Positions 41,236 through 50,715 of a stretch of DNA of 64,000 nucleotides are shown here, in pieces. The notes beneath the pieces were generated by a model that saw only the letters and a program-made list of their open reading frames with translations, did no database searches and was not told the DNA's origin. Source of the DNA: an uncultured archaeon (GTDB taxonomy: Archaea; Thermoplasmatota; Penumbrarchaeia; JASLWR01). The position numbers and the translations under genes were made by a program. The first letter of the stretch is position 1, and every line of letters starts with the position of its first letter. The stretch spans positions 32,001 to 96,000 of the forward strand of contig CAYFHS010000005.1 of the NCBI GenBank assembly GCA_964342815.1. Reading direction: 5' to 3'.

Positions 41236-41352
41236 TCACACCCCTTTTGGATTATCGTAATATATCAGCTGGGATATTTCCAAGATAATAATAACTGATA
41301 CAGTGATCGATCTTGTAAATAATTTTTTCGGTGGATATAAAAGAATCGGAAA

Positions 41353-41709
41353 GTGCGAGTCCCCGCTTCGCTCTGGTCAATTAAAAATTGTCCTAACACG
41401 CATTTTTTCTACGAAAAAAAGTGCGAGGGCACGTTTCACTACGGTCAATCTGAGATTGCCCTGCCCTCTCCCTTTTCTCCCTTTGGTCGAAAAAGTGCGA
41501 GTCCCCACTACGTTCCGGTCAATTAAAATTGCCCTGACACGCATTTTTTCTCCGAAAAAAGTGCGAGTTTCCGCTTCGCTCTGGTCAATTGGAAATACTC
41601 GATGAATCGGAGATTCATCTGCACCCTCGGCTGGTAAGCCTACGGGTTGCCCTGACACGCATTTTTTTCTCCGAAAAAAAGTGCGAGTCCCCACTACGTT
41701 ACGGTCAAT
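41353..41709. repeat. Array of five A5-7-GTGCGAG-N15-GGTCAAT units downstream of tRNA-Leu
   Basis: GTGCGAG at 41353, 41421, 41495, 41561 and 41681, each followed after exactly 15 nt by GGTCAAT. Confidence 0.9.
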
Positions 41710-41756
41710 AAATAATTGCCCTGTCCCCGCCCTTTTTTTCCTTTTAGTCAAAAAAG

Positions 41757-41840
41757 TGCGAGGGCCGAGATTCGAACTCGGGAACCACTAAGGACTAGAC
41801 CCTGAATCTAGCGCCGTTGACCTGGCTTGGCTACCCTCGC
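41757..41840 (-). tRNA. tRNA-Leu(CAG)
   Basis: GCGAGGG/CCCTCGC acceptor stem; CTAGA-TT CAG GG-TCTAG; long variable arm; CCGAG-TTCGAAT-CTCGG T arm. Confidence 0.97.
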
Positions 41841-42286
41841 ACCTATGCATCCATTTATCGTGATTTCAATGATTTTCCTGTTCTATGCATCCAACTCATG
41901 GTCAACGGGGACCGGTTTGCAATACCCTTGTTGCCAACTAAGTTCAGCCCAAAGGGGTGAACGGAATTGACCTGGCTTGGCTACCCTCGCACCTATGCAT
42001 CCATTTATCGTGATTTCAATGATTTTCCTGTTCTATGCATCCAACTCATGGTCAACGGGGACCGGTTTGCAATACCCTTGTTGCCAACTAAGTTCAGCCC
42101 AAAGGGGTGAACGGAATTGACCTGGCTTGGCTACCCTTGCACCTATGCATCCGTTGATCGTGATGTTGTTGTTTCCGCTATATGCATCCGTTTCCTGGTC
42201 AACGGGTGCCGGTTGGCAACACACTTGTTGCCAACTAAGTTCAGCCAAAAGGGTGAACGAAATTGACCTGGCTTGGCTACCCTCGC
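41817..42286 (-). repeat. Three ~150-bp tandem units, with the first 24 nt of tRNA-Leu recurring at each junction
   Basis: ttgacctggcttggctaccct(c/t)gc at 41817 (inside the tRNA), 41967, 42117 and 42263. Units 1 and 2 are identical; unit 3 is diverged (146 bp). Confidence 0.92.
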
Positions 42287-42310
42287 TATACAAATCTTCT
42301 TATTATTGAA

Positions 42311-42318
42311 TAATTATA
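42311..42318 (-). promoter_or_regulatory. Candidate archaeal TATA box for the tRNA-Leu/repeat transcript
   Basis: TATAATTA on the minus strand, 25-32 nt upstream of the most distal tRNA 5' fragment (42286). Confidence 0.45.
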
Positions 42319-42387
42319 TGAATCAATTCGAAAAATAATTTGTCAGGGTTCACCTAACTTTCTCTCCAACAATTTTGACTTGGTTGT

Positions 42388-42741
42388 TCAATCTTCCTTC
42401 TTGATCTCTTCCAGTATGTCCCATGTCTTGTCGTATATTCGATCATCCAGTTGAGTGAGTTCCAGTCGGACCCTAAGCCTGCCGTTGTCGAAAAATATGT
42501 ACGCTGACTTGACCTGCGACCTGAAGCATCTTACACTCTTACCCTTGTTGGATAGTTTAGTATCCACGCATTTGATAAGACCCATGGATACTAGTTTCTT
42601 TATTTTTTTGTAACATACTGCCACGGGGATGGCCAGTTGTTTACTGAGTTCCTGGGCTGTCTTGGGATATTTGAAGGATGCCGCCAGGATACGGAGGACC
42701 ACCTCGTCTGCAAAAAGTTTCGCTGTTTTTAAAGCTTCCAT
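42388..42741 (-). CDS. Winged-helix (ArsR/HTH_20-like) transcriptional regulator
   Basis: RILAASFKYPKTAQELSKQLAIPVAVCYKKIKKLVSMGLI HTH pattern; GAGGGTG SD-like sequence. Confidence 0.8.
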   Translation of the reverse strand: MEALKTAKLFADEVVLRILAASFKYPKTAQELSKQLAIPVAVCYKKIKKLVSMGLIKCVDTKLSNKGKSVRCFRSQVKSAYIFFDNGRLRVRLELTQLDDRIYDKTWDILEEIKKED

Positions 42742-43033
42742 CCGGATACACCTCTTTCAGGTCCGACCGATGATATTTTTGTCGTCATTGCCGCTTATGA
42801 CAAAATGAACACAATTCATCAAATCCAATAAATATCAGTGATACCAGCGTGTATCAATATTATTTCGTACTTCGCCATCGGTCCCCACGGGATATTTTGC
42901 CACAGTAATATAAAATACATATAAATAGATTTCGCCGGTCACCAAATGACCGACTGGTCCGTTCAAAATAGGGTCGGACAAACTCCAAAAATAGGAGTGT
43001 AAAAGACTAATATTGTTTCATTTTATAATATTG

Positions 43034-44437
43034 CTATATCGATCTGAGCCGTTTTCTATGATAGAGGATCACACCCAGAGTGAAGAGGACTACTGTAAGT
43101 ATTATCATTATCACGATTTCAACAATAACATCGCCGAAAGATGCGCCGTATGTCATGGTCTTCGACAATGCCTTACTGCATTGTGTCCAGGGAAGCCAAT
43201 CGAACAGCTCGAAGGCTTTTCCGGTACCAAGAAAATTTTCGGTGAAGGTAACGGTTGGCAGCGAAAAAAATGCTCCCGTGAGAAATGACAGAGGAACTGC
43301 CACCATTGGTCCAAGGTAGCCCGCTTGATCCTCATTCTTTGCTATTGCAGCCAGTATCAAACCCAGGGCCACAGTGGCCAGACATCCCCAAATGGCTATG
43401 AACAGAGCCAGGAATATATTCGCATCCGGGTTGAACTGATAACCCATCAACAAGGCGATACCGAGTAGTACAAATAATTGGGCCACTGCGATAACGGTAT
43501 AGGGAATCGTGTTGCCGAAAAGCATGTCAAAAGAACTCATTTTTGTCAATTTCAGACGGGTGAGAGTTCCCTTGCTTTCCTCTCTTGACAGCGATATGCA
43601 GACGCCGGTGGCGCTCATCAGAAGGGCGAAGACAATGAGTCCGGGTACCTGATAATCGAATCCGGAGAGATCGGAAACATCAAGAGCCCTGTCTTCCACA
43701 ATTACGTAAGGTTCCTGGGAGCCGGGGTCTATCTTAACAGGAAGAGACTTGGCCGATATCGCAAGGGCGATCTTGCCTGAATTGTCCACGTATGCCTCCA
43801 TGGACCCTTGGATTATCCCGCTGACGGTGAAATAGGATGAACTGGCCGGATCACCCTTTATGATGACGCTGGCAGTTACATTGATGTTCTTTGTGAGTGT
43901 GGTGCCGCCAGTTCCGTTTTCCATCATATCACTTATTAACTGCTCCATCATTTTCGATGCGTTTGTCCCGTTTTCGTTATATTGATCGTAATATCTTTCT
44001 CCGATAGAATCCGATATGGCATGCTGGACAAACCTCATGCTCTCTGCCGCTACGGCCTGTGAGAAATTTCGGGGTATTATGATATAGGCGATGAGATCCT
44101 TATCTTCCACCAGTTCCTGGGCCTCTTTTTCAGTAAGATCCTCACGTATATCGAATATATGCTGGCTGGTGTTTTTACCATTTCCGTCGAGATAAGACAT
44201 TTCTGTTAAAATATTGACGTAATTATTGCCGTGATGGATCGTTGTATTGTTAAGGATGATCCCCTCGTCCATATTGATGACCGCAATATTGTATGTAGTG
44301 TTGCCACCGGTGAATGACCCGAATGCGAATCCGAATATCAGAATGAATATCGCCGGAAAAAGAAGACTGAAAAAGAGGGCTCCCTTATCCCTCATTATCT
44401 CTTTTCCGCTCTTTTTTGTAATAGCCAGCCATCTCAT
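43034..44437 (-). CDS. ABC-2 type transporter permease
   Basis: N-terminal TM, large external loop, PGLIVF..REESKGTLTRL and further TMs. Confidence 0.9.
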   Translation of the reverse strand: MRWLAITKKSGKEIMRDKGALFFSLLFPAIFILIFGFAFGSFTGGNTTYNIAVINMDEGIILNNTTIHHGNNYVNILTEMSYLDGNGKNTSQHIFDIREDLTEKEAQELVEDKDLIAYIIIPRNFSQAVAAESMRFVQHAISDSIGERYYDQYNENGTNASKMMEQLISDMMENGTGGTTLTKNINVTASVIIKGDPASSSYFTVSGIIQGSMEAYVDNSGKIALAISAKSLPVKIDPGSQEPYVIVEDRALDVSDLSGFDYQVPGLIVFALLMSATGVCISLSREESKGTLTRLKLTKMSSFDMLFGNTIPYTVIAVAQLFVLLGIALLMGYQFNPDANIFLALFIAIWGCLATVALGLILAAIAKNEDQAGYLGPMVAVPLSFLTGAFFSLPTVTFTENFLGTGKAFELFDWLPWTQCSKALSKTMTYGASFGDVIVEIVIMIILTVVLFTLGVILYHRKRLRSI

Positions 44438-45390
44438 TCTCTCAACCCCCTTCCAGTGAGCGAAATGAATACGTCTTCGAGAGTATTCTTGCGAAGCTTG
44501 ACATCCACGATATTTTTGTTACCAATCTCCACCTGGTGGAATATTTCGGGCAAGTGTTTTACTGCGTTTAGCGAATTAAGCCATATTTTATTTCCCACCA
44601 CGTGAACCTTGGTCACCGTCTCCATTTTTTCCAGGTCTTTTGCTATTTTTTCGCTGCCTTCCATTTCCTCCAGCGTCAACTCTACAACGTCCCCTTCGCC
44701 AAGATTGTTCTTGAGCTTTTCGGGGCTGTCATCCACCAGGAGTTTTCCATGGTCGATTATGGCAACTCTCTTGCATAGCCGATCCGCCTCTTCCATAAAA
44801 TGGGTTGTCAGGATCACGGTTTTATCTCCCATCTTCGGAATGGTATTGATGTAATCCCATAATACAAGACGGGACTGCGGATCGAGACCGGGGGACGGCT
44901 CATCGAGAACAACAATTTCCGGATCATGCACCAGTGCCATGGCAAGGTTCAAACGCCTTTTCATTCCACCAGAGAGAGACGTTGCCCGTGTTTTCCTTTT
45001 ATCCTCGAGTTTAAGGTCGTAAAGTAGTGAATCGATCTGTCTATTCAATTTCTCTTGTGGAGTTTCATAAAGGTCCCCTATCAGTTTGAGGTTCTCATAC
45101 ACGGTCAAGCGGTCCCATAGAGTTATTTCCTGGGGGCAGACCCCGATCTTCTCCTTCACTACCTCGCTCCCCGCCTCGATGGTCTCCCCGTCAATAATGG
45201 TTTTCCCGCTAGTGGGTTTCAGAAGACCCACCATCATCTTGATGGAAGTGGTCTTGCCAGCTCCGTTAGGGCCTAGGAATCCAAATACCTCTCCACGTTT
45301 TATCTTTATGGTAAGGCCATCCACAGCTCTGACGCCATCGGGGAATTCCTTTACGAGATCATGAGTACTGATGAGAAAATCGCTGGACAT
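44434..45390 (-). CDS. ABC transporter ATP-binding protein (DrrA/NodI-like)
   Basis: GPNGAGKTT, LSGGMKRR, LDEPSPGLDP and TTH; GAGGTG SD before ATG 45390 (track start 45468); overlaps the permease start. Confidence 0.93.
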   Translation of the reverse strand: MSSDFLISTHDLVKEFPDGVRAVDGLTIKIKRGEVFGFLGPNGAGKTTSIKMMVGLLKPTSGKTIIDGETIEAGSEVVKEKIGVCPQEITLWDRLTVYENLKLIGDLYETPQEKLNRQIDSLLYDLKLEDKRKTRATSLSGGMKRRLNLAMALVHDPEIVVLDEPSPGLDPQSRLVLWDYINTIPKMGDKTVILTTHFMEEADRLCKRVAIIDHGKLLVDDSPEKLKNNLGEGDVVELTLEEMEGSEKIAKDLEKMETVTKVHVVGNKIWLNSLNAVKHLPEIFHQVEIGNKNIVDVKLRKNTLEDVFISLTGRGLRE

Positions 45391-45503
45391 TGGAAAACAC
45401 CTCTTTTTCATATAATGACCTCCACGATAAATGCTTTTCCAGTTTATTTCCTTATGAAATCCATACAAAAAAGATATAATCCGTTATAATTCTTCTGTGG
45501 GGG

Positions 45504-47543
45504 ATGCAGGAACTGTTTCCATATATTCCCAGAAAGACTCAGAAGAAAATCGTCGAAGATATCTACTCTTCAGCACTGGAACAGCGAAACTTAATAATTC
45601 AATCAAAGACCGGTTCGGGAAAGACAGTCTGTTCTTTATCGGCGCTTTTACACTTCTGCATTGATGAAAAAAAGAGATTGGTCTATACCACGAGAACCAA
45701 TTCTCAGCAGAAACAGGTGATCAGAGAGGCAAGAGCCATCAGGGAGAATGCGCCAGATGGGACCTTTGCACCTGAAGAGCTATTGGCCCTGCCGCTTCAG
45801 GGCCGGAGGAACATGTGCCTTCTGATGGATAAACTTTCGGAGTTCAGAGAGGCAATGCCCGAAGAAATGTCTCTGATGTGCAGTACCAGGAAAAAGCGGA
45901 CAGGTGAAATACTCGAAGGTACGGATAAGGAAGTTTCGGTGGACTTTAACCGCGCCGTATTCGATATGATGCTCCATGACCGCATGTGTCCTTACTACTA
46001 TCGTCTGCTCACGACTAAGCAAAACTCGTTAAAACAATGGGTTGCAGAGCGGATACCCGATGCGCAGGAGATTGTATCGAGGTGCCGTGATGAGGAAATA
46101 TGCCCTTACGAGTTCATTAAGATTTTGCTGGAACGAGCGCTGCTGGTTGTGATGCCCTATATCTTTGTATTCAACGACGCAATACGCGGGCATTTGCTGG
46201 ACTGGTTGAACGAGGGAACCGAAGAGTTTGTCCTCGTTGTAGATGAAGCCCACAACCTGCCGGATTTCCTGCGCGACCTGTATTCATTCACCCTTTCTCG
46301 AAGCACCATAGGGACTGCAAAGAAGGAGGCGGAGCGGTACGGGATCGATTTTTTCTATGACGATATACCGCTAAAGCGTTTTCTTGACCTTCTTGAGAGC
46401 ACAATGGTGGAGCTTGCAGAAGAATACATTGATGACGGAAATACGGGTGATACAGTTCGGGATAATAGGTCCGTAATTATCTCTGTGGAGGAGGACGCCG
46501 TGATACCTCAGGACGCTCTTATGACCGGCCTTATGTCGGGGCTCGTGATCACTTCCACGACCCTCATGAAGGGAATACAAAAATTGGCATACGAGGGTTA
46601 TGTTATCAAGGAAAAGAAAAAGACTGACGGGAAGCTGCCCCGGTCATATCTTCTTATTATAGCAACATTTCTGCAGCAATGGGAGGACCTTACGGAGGAA
46701 TACTACATCAAGCTTATTTACGACCGGGAAAATCCGCATCTGGAAGCATACTGTCTCGATCCGCAGAAGGGGGGGGTGATTTGCCAGACATTTTATTCGT
46801 CAGTTCACATGTCAGGCACTCTCGAGCCCCTGCACGAGTACCGGGACTGTATTTCCCTTGAGAACTCCGAGCTTCGCAGCTATCCCTCACCTTTCGATCC
46901 GGATAATCTCCTGAGCCTTTTCACGCCAAACCTAACCACGAGATATGCGCAGTTTCACGAAAATGAGAATATGCAGGAAGCTTACGAAAGGTCAATCTGC
47001 AATATCCTCCGGGAGCACAAACGAAATACTATTATCTTTTTCCCGTCATACCGGATAATGAAGCTCATCAGCTCAAGCGATATGATGAAAAATATAACAC
47101 ATGACCGTCCCATTTTCCATGAGAGAACGAAGGACTCGCAGGAGGAACTGTTGGACGAGATCGGTTCGTTCAGGAGGTCTTCGGGAGGAATATATTTCTC
47201 GGTCATCGGCGGACGGGTCTCCGAAGGGATGGACTTTCCGGGGAATACGCTCGAGATGGCGCTCCTGGTGGGGATCCCTTACCCGAAACCAACAGCAAGA
47301 CAGAAGGGCCTGAGAAGATATTACGATATAAAGACAGGGAATGGCTGGTTATTCGCGGTGTTGGCCCCAACCGTGCGAAAGATACTACAGGCCATGGGAA
47401 GGGTGATCCGCTCGGAGGAGGACCGGGGAGTGGCCGTTATCATGGACGTGCGGGCTAAGCGTTTTCAGGAGTATATCGAGGGATTGGAAGAGGAAGAAGA
47501 TGTGGCGGGGAGGGTGAGGAATTTTTTTATGACCTTGGAATAA
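45504..47543 (+). CDS. xpd: XPD/Rad3-family Fe-S DNA helicase
   Basis: TGSGKT, Cys pattern C..C..CPYY..CPYE, DEAH, SGTL, SEGMDF and QAMGRVIR. Confidence 0.9.
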   Translation: MQELFPYIPRKTQKKIVEDIYSSALEQRNLIIQSKTGSGKTVCSLSALLHFCIDEKKRLVYTTRTNSQQKQVIREARAIRENAPDGTFAPEELLALPLQGRRNMCLLMDKLSEFREAMPEEMSLMCSTRKKRTGEILEGTDKEVSVDFNRAVFDMMLHDRMCPYYYRLLTTKQNSLKQWVAERIPDAQEIVSRCRDEEICPYEFIKILLERALLVVMPYIFVFNDAIRGHLLDWLNEGTEEFVLVVDEAHNLPDFLRDLYSFTLSRSTIGTAKKEAERYGIDFFYDDIPLKRFLDLLESTMVELAEEYIDDGNTGDTVRDNRSVIISVEEDAVIPQDALMTGLMSGLVITSTTLMKGIQKLAYEGYVIKEKKKTDGKLPRSYLLIIATFLQQWEDLTEEYYIKLIYDRENPHLEAYCLDPQKGGVICQTFYSSVHMSGTLEPLHEYRDCISLENSELRSYPSPFDPDNLLSLFTPNLTTRYAQFHENENMQEAYERSICNILREHKRNTIIFFPSYRIMKLISSSDMMKNITHDRPIFHERTKDSQEELLDEIGSFRRSSGGIYFSVIGGRVSEGMDFPGNTLEMALLVGIPYPKPTARQKGLRRYYDIKTGNGWLFAVLAPTVRKILQAMGRVIRSEEDRGVAVIMDVRAKRFQEYIEGLEEEEDVAGRVRNFFMTLE

Positions 47544-47698
47544 TTGTTGGATTTTATATTATAGTAAAGCTTACAATTAGCCATGTAAAATTAGTATGAA
47601 CCCCCCGACATTCAATATGAGCCGTACCCATCTGTGATCGGTTAAGATTTAATCAACCATTTTACCTTGTACTCGAGGAATACAAGTGATATGATTTC

Positions 47699-48196
47699 TC
47701 AGGTTCCGATCCTGTTTTTACCTACAATATTGATTGAGAGTACTACAGAATAATACCGACTCAGTCTTTCGATGATGGCGAGGGAGACCCGTGCTATTCG
47801 ATCCTTGCATTCATTCAGAAAACCCTTGACCAGAAAAAAGAGTGTCCAGTTGTCCGATTCGGACCTGTAGCGTTCGATCACACCGATTTCAGCAAGCTTC
47901 TTGAGTACCCGGGCTGTGCGCCGGTTTCCCCAATGGAATCTGGTTGACATATATGCATTTATCAACTGTTGCTGGCTCCCAAAACAGTCGAAATGGAAAA
48001 TCAGGGTTTGGAGCAATAATTTTGCTTCGGCTTTGGCTGTCCGGTCACCCAGTTTACTTTCGATGTCTTTTATTCCTTTTCTATATTTGGTCAATTTTTT
48101 CGTGTACATTCGTTTCTTCATCGTATCAATCCCGTTTATCTTTTTCTGGAGGTCATAGGCAACGGATATCCCATAACAAAATGGACAAATGTTCAA
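47699..48196 (-). CDS. Hypothetical basic protein, possible winged HTH
   Basis: SQQQL..WGNRRTARVLKKLAEIGVIER resembles an HTH plus wing; the start could be MKKRM at 48121. Confidence 0.45.
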   Translation of the reverse strand: MNICPFCYGISVAYDLQKKINGIDTMKKRMYTKKLTKYRKGIKDIESKLGDRTAKAEAKLLLQTLIFHFDCFGSQQQLINAYMSTRFHWGNRRTARVLKKLAEIGVIERYRSESDNWTLFFLVKGFLNECKDRIARVSLAIIERLSRYYSVVLSINIVGKNRIGT

Positions 48197-48295
48197 GTTA
48201 TTTATAAAGATAAGTCGGGGATGAGTGAATGTAAAATTGGCATTGGAAAAGAGCGCGTAATGGAAGGAATCGAGTAATGGCTGAAGGTGAAAGGG

Positions 48296-48384
48296 GACAT
48301 TTGTCGATAGTCATCGCGGACATTTGTCGGTGGCAACAGGCAGCATTTGACAGTAAGTCGAATATTACCAGGAGACATTTGTCG
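48296..48384. repeat. Three copies of the quasi-palindrome GACATTTGTCG
   Basis: Located at 48296, 48319 and 48374. Confidence 0.7.
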
Positions 48385-48717
48385 AGGAAGTACATGAATT
48401 TTTCCGGCAGTGAGATTTTAAATTCACTTGACCCATCACAGTCCGATCATGAATTCTGTTCTTTCCGGTCCGCGTGAAAACGTAGGTCGGGCGTTTCGCG
48501 AGCGGCGACACCGCGCCCAACGCACCGATTACTTTCATTGATTTCGTTTCGGATTACCGGTCTCCTAAAAAATCAAACATTTCACTACCCTTTGATGTGT
48601 TTAACTATGGCATCTGAATGAATGCAGCGGTCAATTATATTTATTTGAGATATCACGAGGTAAAATCTATATCTAAAGAAATTCTTACCATTTTGGATTG
48701 AAGGTTTTGAATTAATA

Positions 48718-50715
48718 ATGAGCGGAACAAATGGGGCATGTCCTATTGAAAGACTTGGCAGGAAGTTAGCAACGATTCTGGTGTTGGCGATCTTGCTTGG
48801 AGCCTATTTTTCGTACCGTTCTCCGCAAGAAAAGGAGAATAATTCGATCTTGCCCCCTTCATATTCTGTGAACCTCGATAAAGATACCTTGTTCCAATGC
48901 CTTTATGTGAAAGAGATAATGGCAAATTTTGAAGAGGATAACATTACTTCCCTTGATGTGAAAATCGGGTTATTACCGGGTTCCCTTCCTTTAGATATAA
49001 ACGAATTATCTATAAAATTAACTTATACAGATAATGAAGGTGAAAAACACTGGGTTCACTATTTATTCGACCCACTCAAAACAGATTTTAAAACCGAAGA
49101 AATGAAAGTGATCGAGTTTCACGATCCTGACAATAGATGGGATTCAAACATTATCACACAAAATTCAACAGTCAAGATGAGGTTTGAGGGAAATTTTAAC
49201 CGTTCCACACGAGGAACCTTGAATTTTATTGGATATTTAATATATCTCAATATTGACATTATAATGCCTCCCTTTATCACATCCCCTCCGCTATACACAA
49301 AATATAATGGAATGATCCTTTTAAATAACACAGGTGAGATAAATTATTCGAGGCCAGGAAATGATGACTGGCTCATTGAGGAATCGATCAATATGAAAGA
49401 CCGTGAGATATTATTGGATAATAATATAATTGTTTTAAAGGATAGTAAATTATCCTTTGAAAACGTTACACTGAGGATTGAAGCCACGAATAAGACGAAA
49501 TATGGAATCTATATTGGAGAAAACGCTGAATTCATCGTTACTAATTCCACCATCACTTCCACCAACGTTTCAGGTTTAGAAAATTTGCAGTATGACATCA
49601 ATGTATTCGGAAATATTTCTCTTGAAAATAGTTATCTCAGTCATTCTCAAGGATTGAATATATATGGCAGTAGTGCTACAATAAAAAATTGCAGTTTCTA
49701 TCAAAATAAATTAAACTTTTCCTACACTTGTGCGAACATTACATCCAATAAATTCACATCATGCAATGGAATCAATTTTATGTATGGCTCATGCATGATA
49801 AGAGACAATGCATTTGTAAATCTGCCTCGTGCCATATTTGGTCATGGAGATATTTTTTATTTTCAAGACAATCTAATGGATTACTGCAGAACTACAATCT
49901 TTATTGCATACAGGGAATCAACAATAATTGGGAATAGATTTTCAAACTGTGAAAACGGAATCTCTTTGGATTCGGGTTTAATTCAAGTCAGGGATAATGA
50001 AATGATACGAGTCGATGGTGTGGGAATATCTCTTGATAACGGCGTAAGTGTTGTGAAAAACAATACTCTGACCGATTCAGGAGGTATTACTATAACTGGT
50101 TCTAACAAACAAAGGGATAATAACTCTTACCAGGCAATAATTGAAGATAATCTGATACAAGATAGCAGTGAATGGGGTTTTTTGTTGGCGTTAATTGATG
50201 CATATAGCGGGAACAATACAATAATCAATAGCTCCCGAGCGGATATTTGTTCACAGAGCGCTACGCTGGTGGTTTTCAACAACACTTTAAGGTCCGAGGT
50301 TCCATTGAGTATAGTATCCCGCAACTGCACCGTATCAATTATTAATACGAGCATCGACAAATGCCATGTCGCGGTATGCATGATCGAATCTACAGCGGTG
50401 ATCATCAACAGTATCATTTTAAACGACGCCTCAGGGAAATTTAAAGTAATGGGAGAGATGCAAGAGAAATGTCACCTTCAAATTCAAGATGGTTCCACAG
50501 TGCAAATGAAAGATACTGTTTTCGACGAGGACGAAGTGATCTTCACCGATTACAAATCCAGACTTATATTACCTGACAAGACGATTAAAAAAGAAAAACC
50601 GCCACTCGGTTGGAGATTCTATGCAAATATCGCTTTGCTCGTCACCACAATAACATTAATCGGGATTTTGATTTGGATATACAAACGTGGAAAGAGGAAA
50701 AAACAATCGCTATAA
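48718..50715 (+). CDS. Membrane-anchored right-handed parallel beta-helix protein with N-terminal archaellin-like region
   Basis: Repeating N..I.NN.F beta-helix turns; hydrophobic N- and C-terminal helices; AT-rich gene. Confidence 0.75.
   Translation: MSGTNGACPIERLGRKLATILVLAILLGAYFSYRSPQEKENNSILPPSYSVNLDKDTLFQCLYVKEIMANFEEDNITSLDVKIGLLPGSLPLDINELSIKLTYTDNEGEKHWVHYLFDPLKTDFKTEEMKVIEFHDPDNRWDSNIITQNSTVKMRFEGNFNRSTRGTLNFIGYLIYLNIDIIMPPFITSPPLYTKYNGMILLNNTGEINYSRPGNDDWLIEESINMKDREILLDNNIIVLKDSKLSFENVTLRIEATNKTKYGIYIGENAEFIVTNSTITSTNVSGLENLQYDINVFGNISLENSYLSHSQGLNIYGSSATIKNCSFYQNKLNFSYTCANITSNKFTSCNGINFMYGSCMIRDNAFVNLPRAIFGHGDIFYFQDNLMDYCRTTIFIAYRESTIIGNRFSNCENGISLDSGLIQVRDNEMIRVDGVGISLDNGVSVVKNNTLTDSGGITITGSNKQRDNNSYQAIIEDNLIQDSSEWGFLLALIDAYSGNNTIINSSRADICSQSATLVVFNNTLRSEVPLSIVSRNCTVSIINTSIDKCHVAVCMIESTAVIINSIILNDASGKFKVMGEMQEKCHLQIQDGSTVQMKDTVFDEDEVIFTDYKSRLILPDKTIKKEKPPLGWRFYANIALLVTTITLIGILIWIYKRGKRKKQSL

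Noticed and set aside
41353-42286. CRISPR array
   Set aside because: The constant parts are 7-nt boxes or tRNA fragments; the spacers are related or identical to each other and of the wrong lengths; no cas genes are in the window.
41303-42309. ORFs 41303..41605, 41377..41751, 42033..42293 and 42127..42309
   Set aside because: They overlap the repeat arrays and tRNA-derived sequence, and their translations only mirror the DNA repeats.
47544-50715. Integrated mobile element call
   Set aside because: AT-rich with orphan genes, but no integrase, transposase, terminal repeats or att duplication were found.
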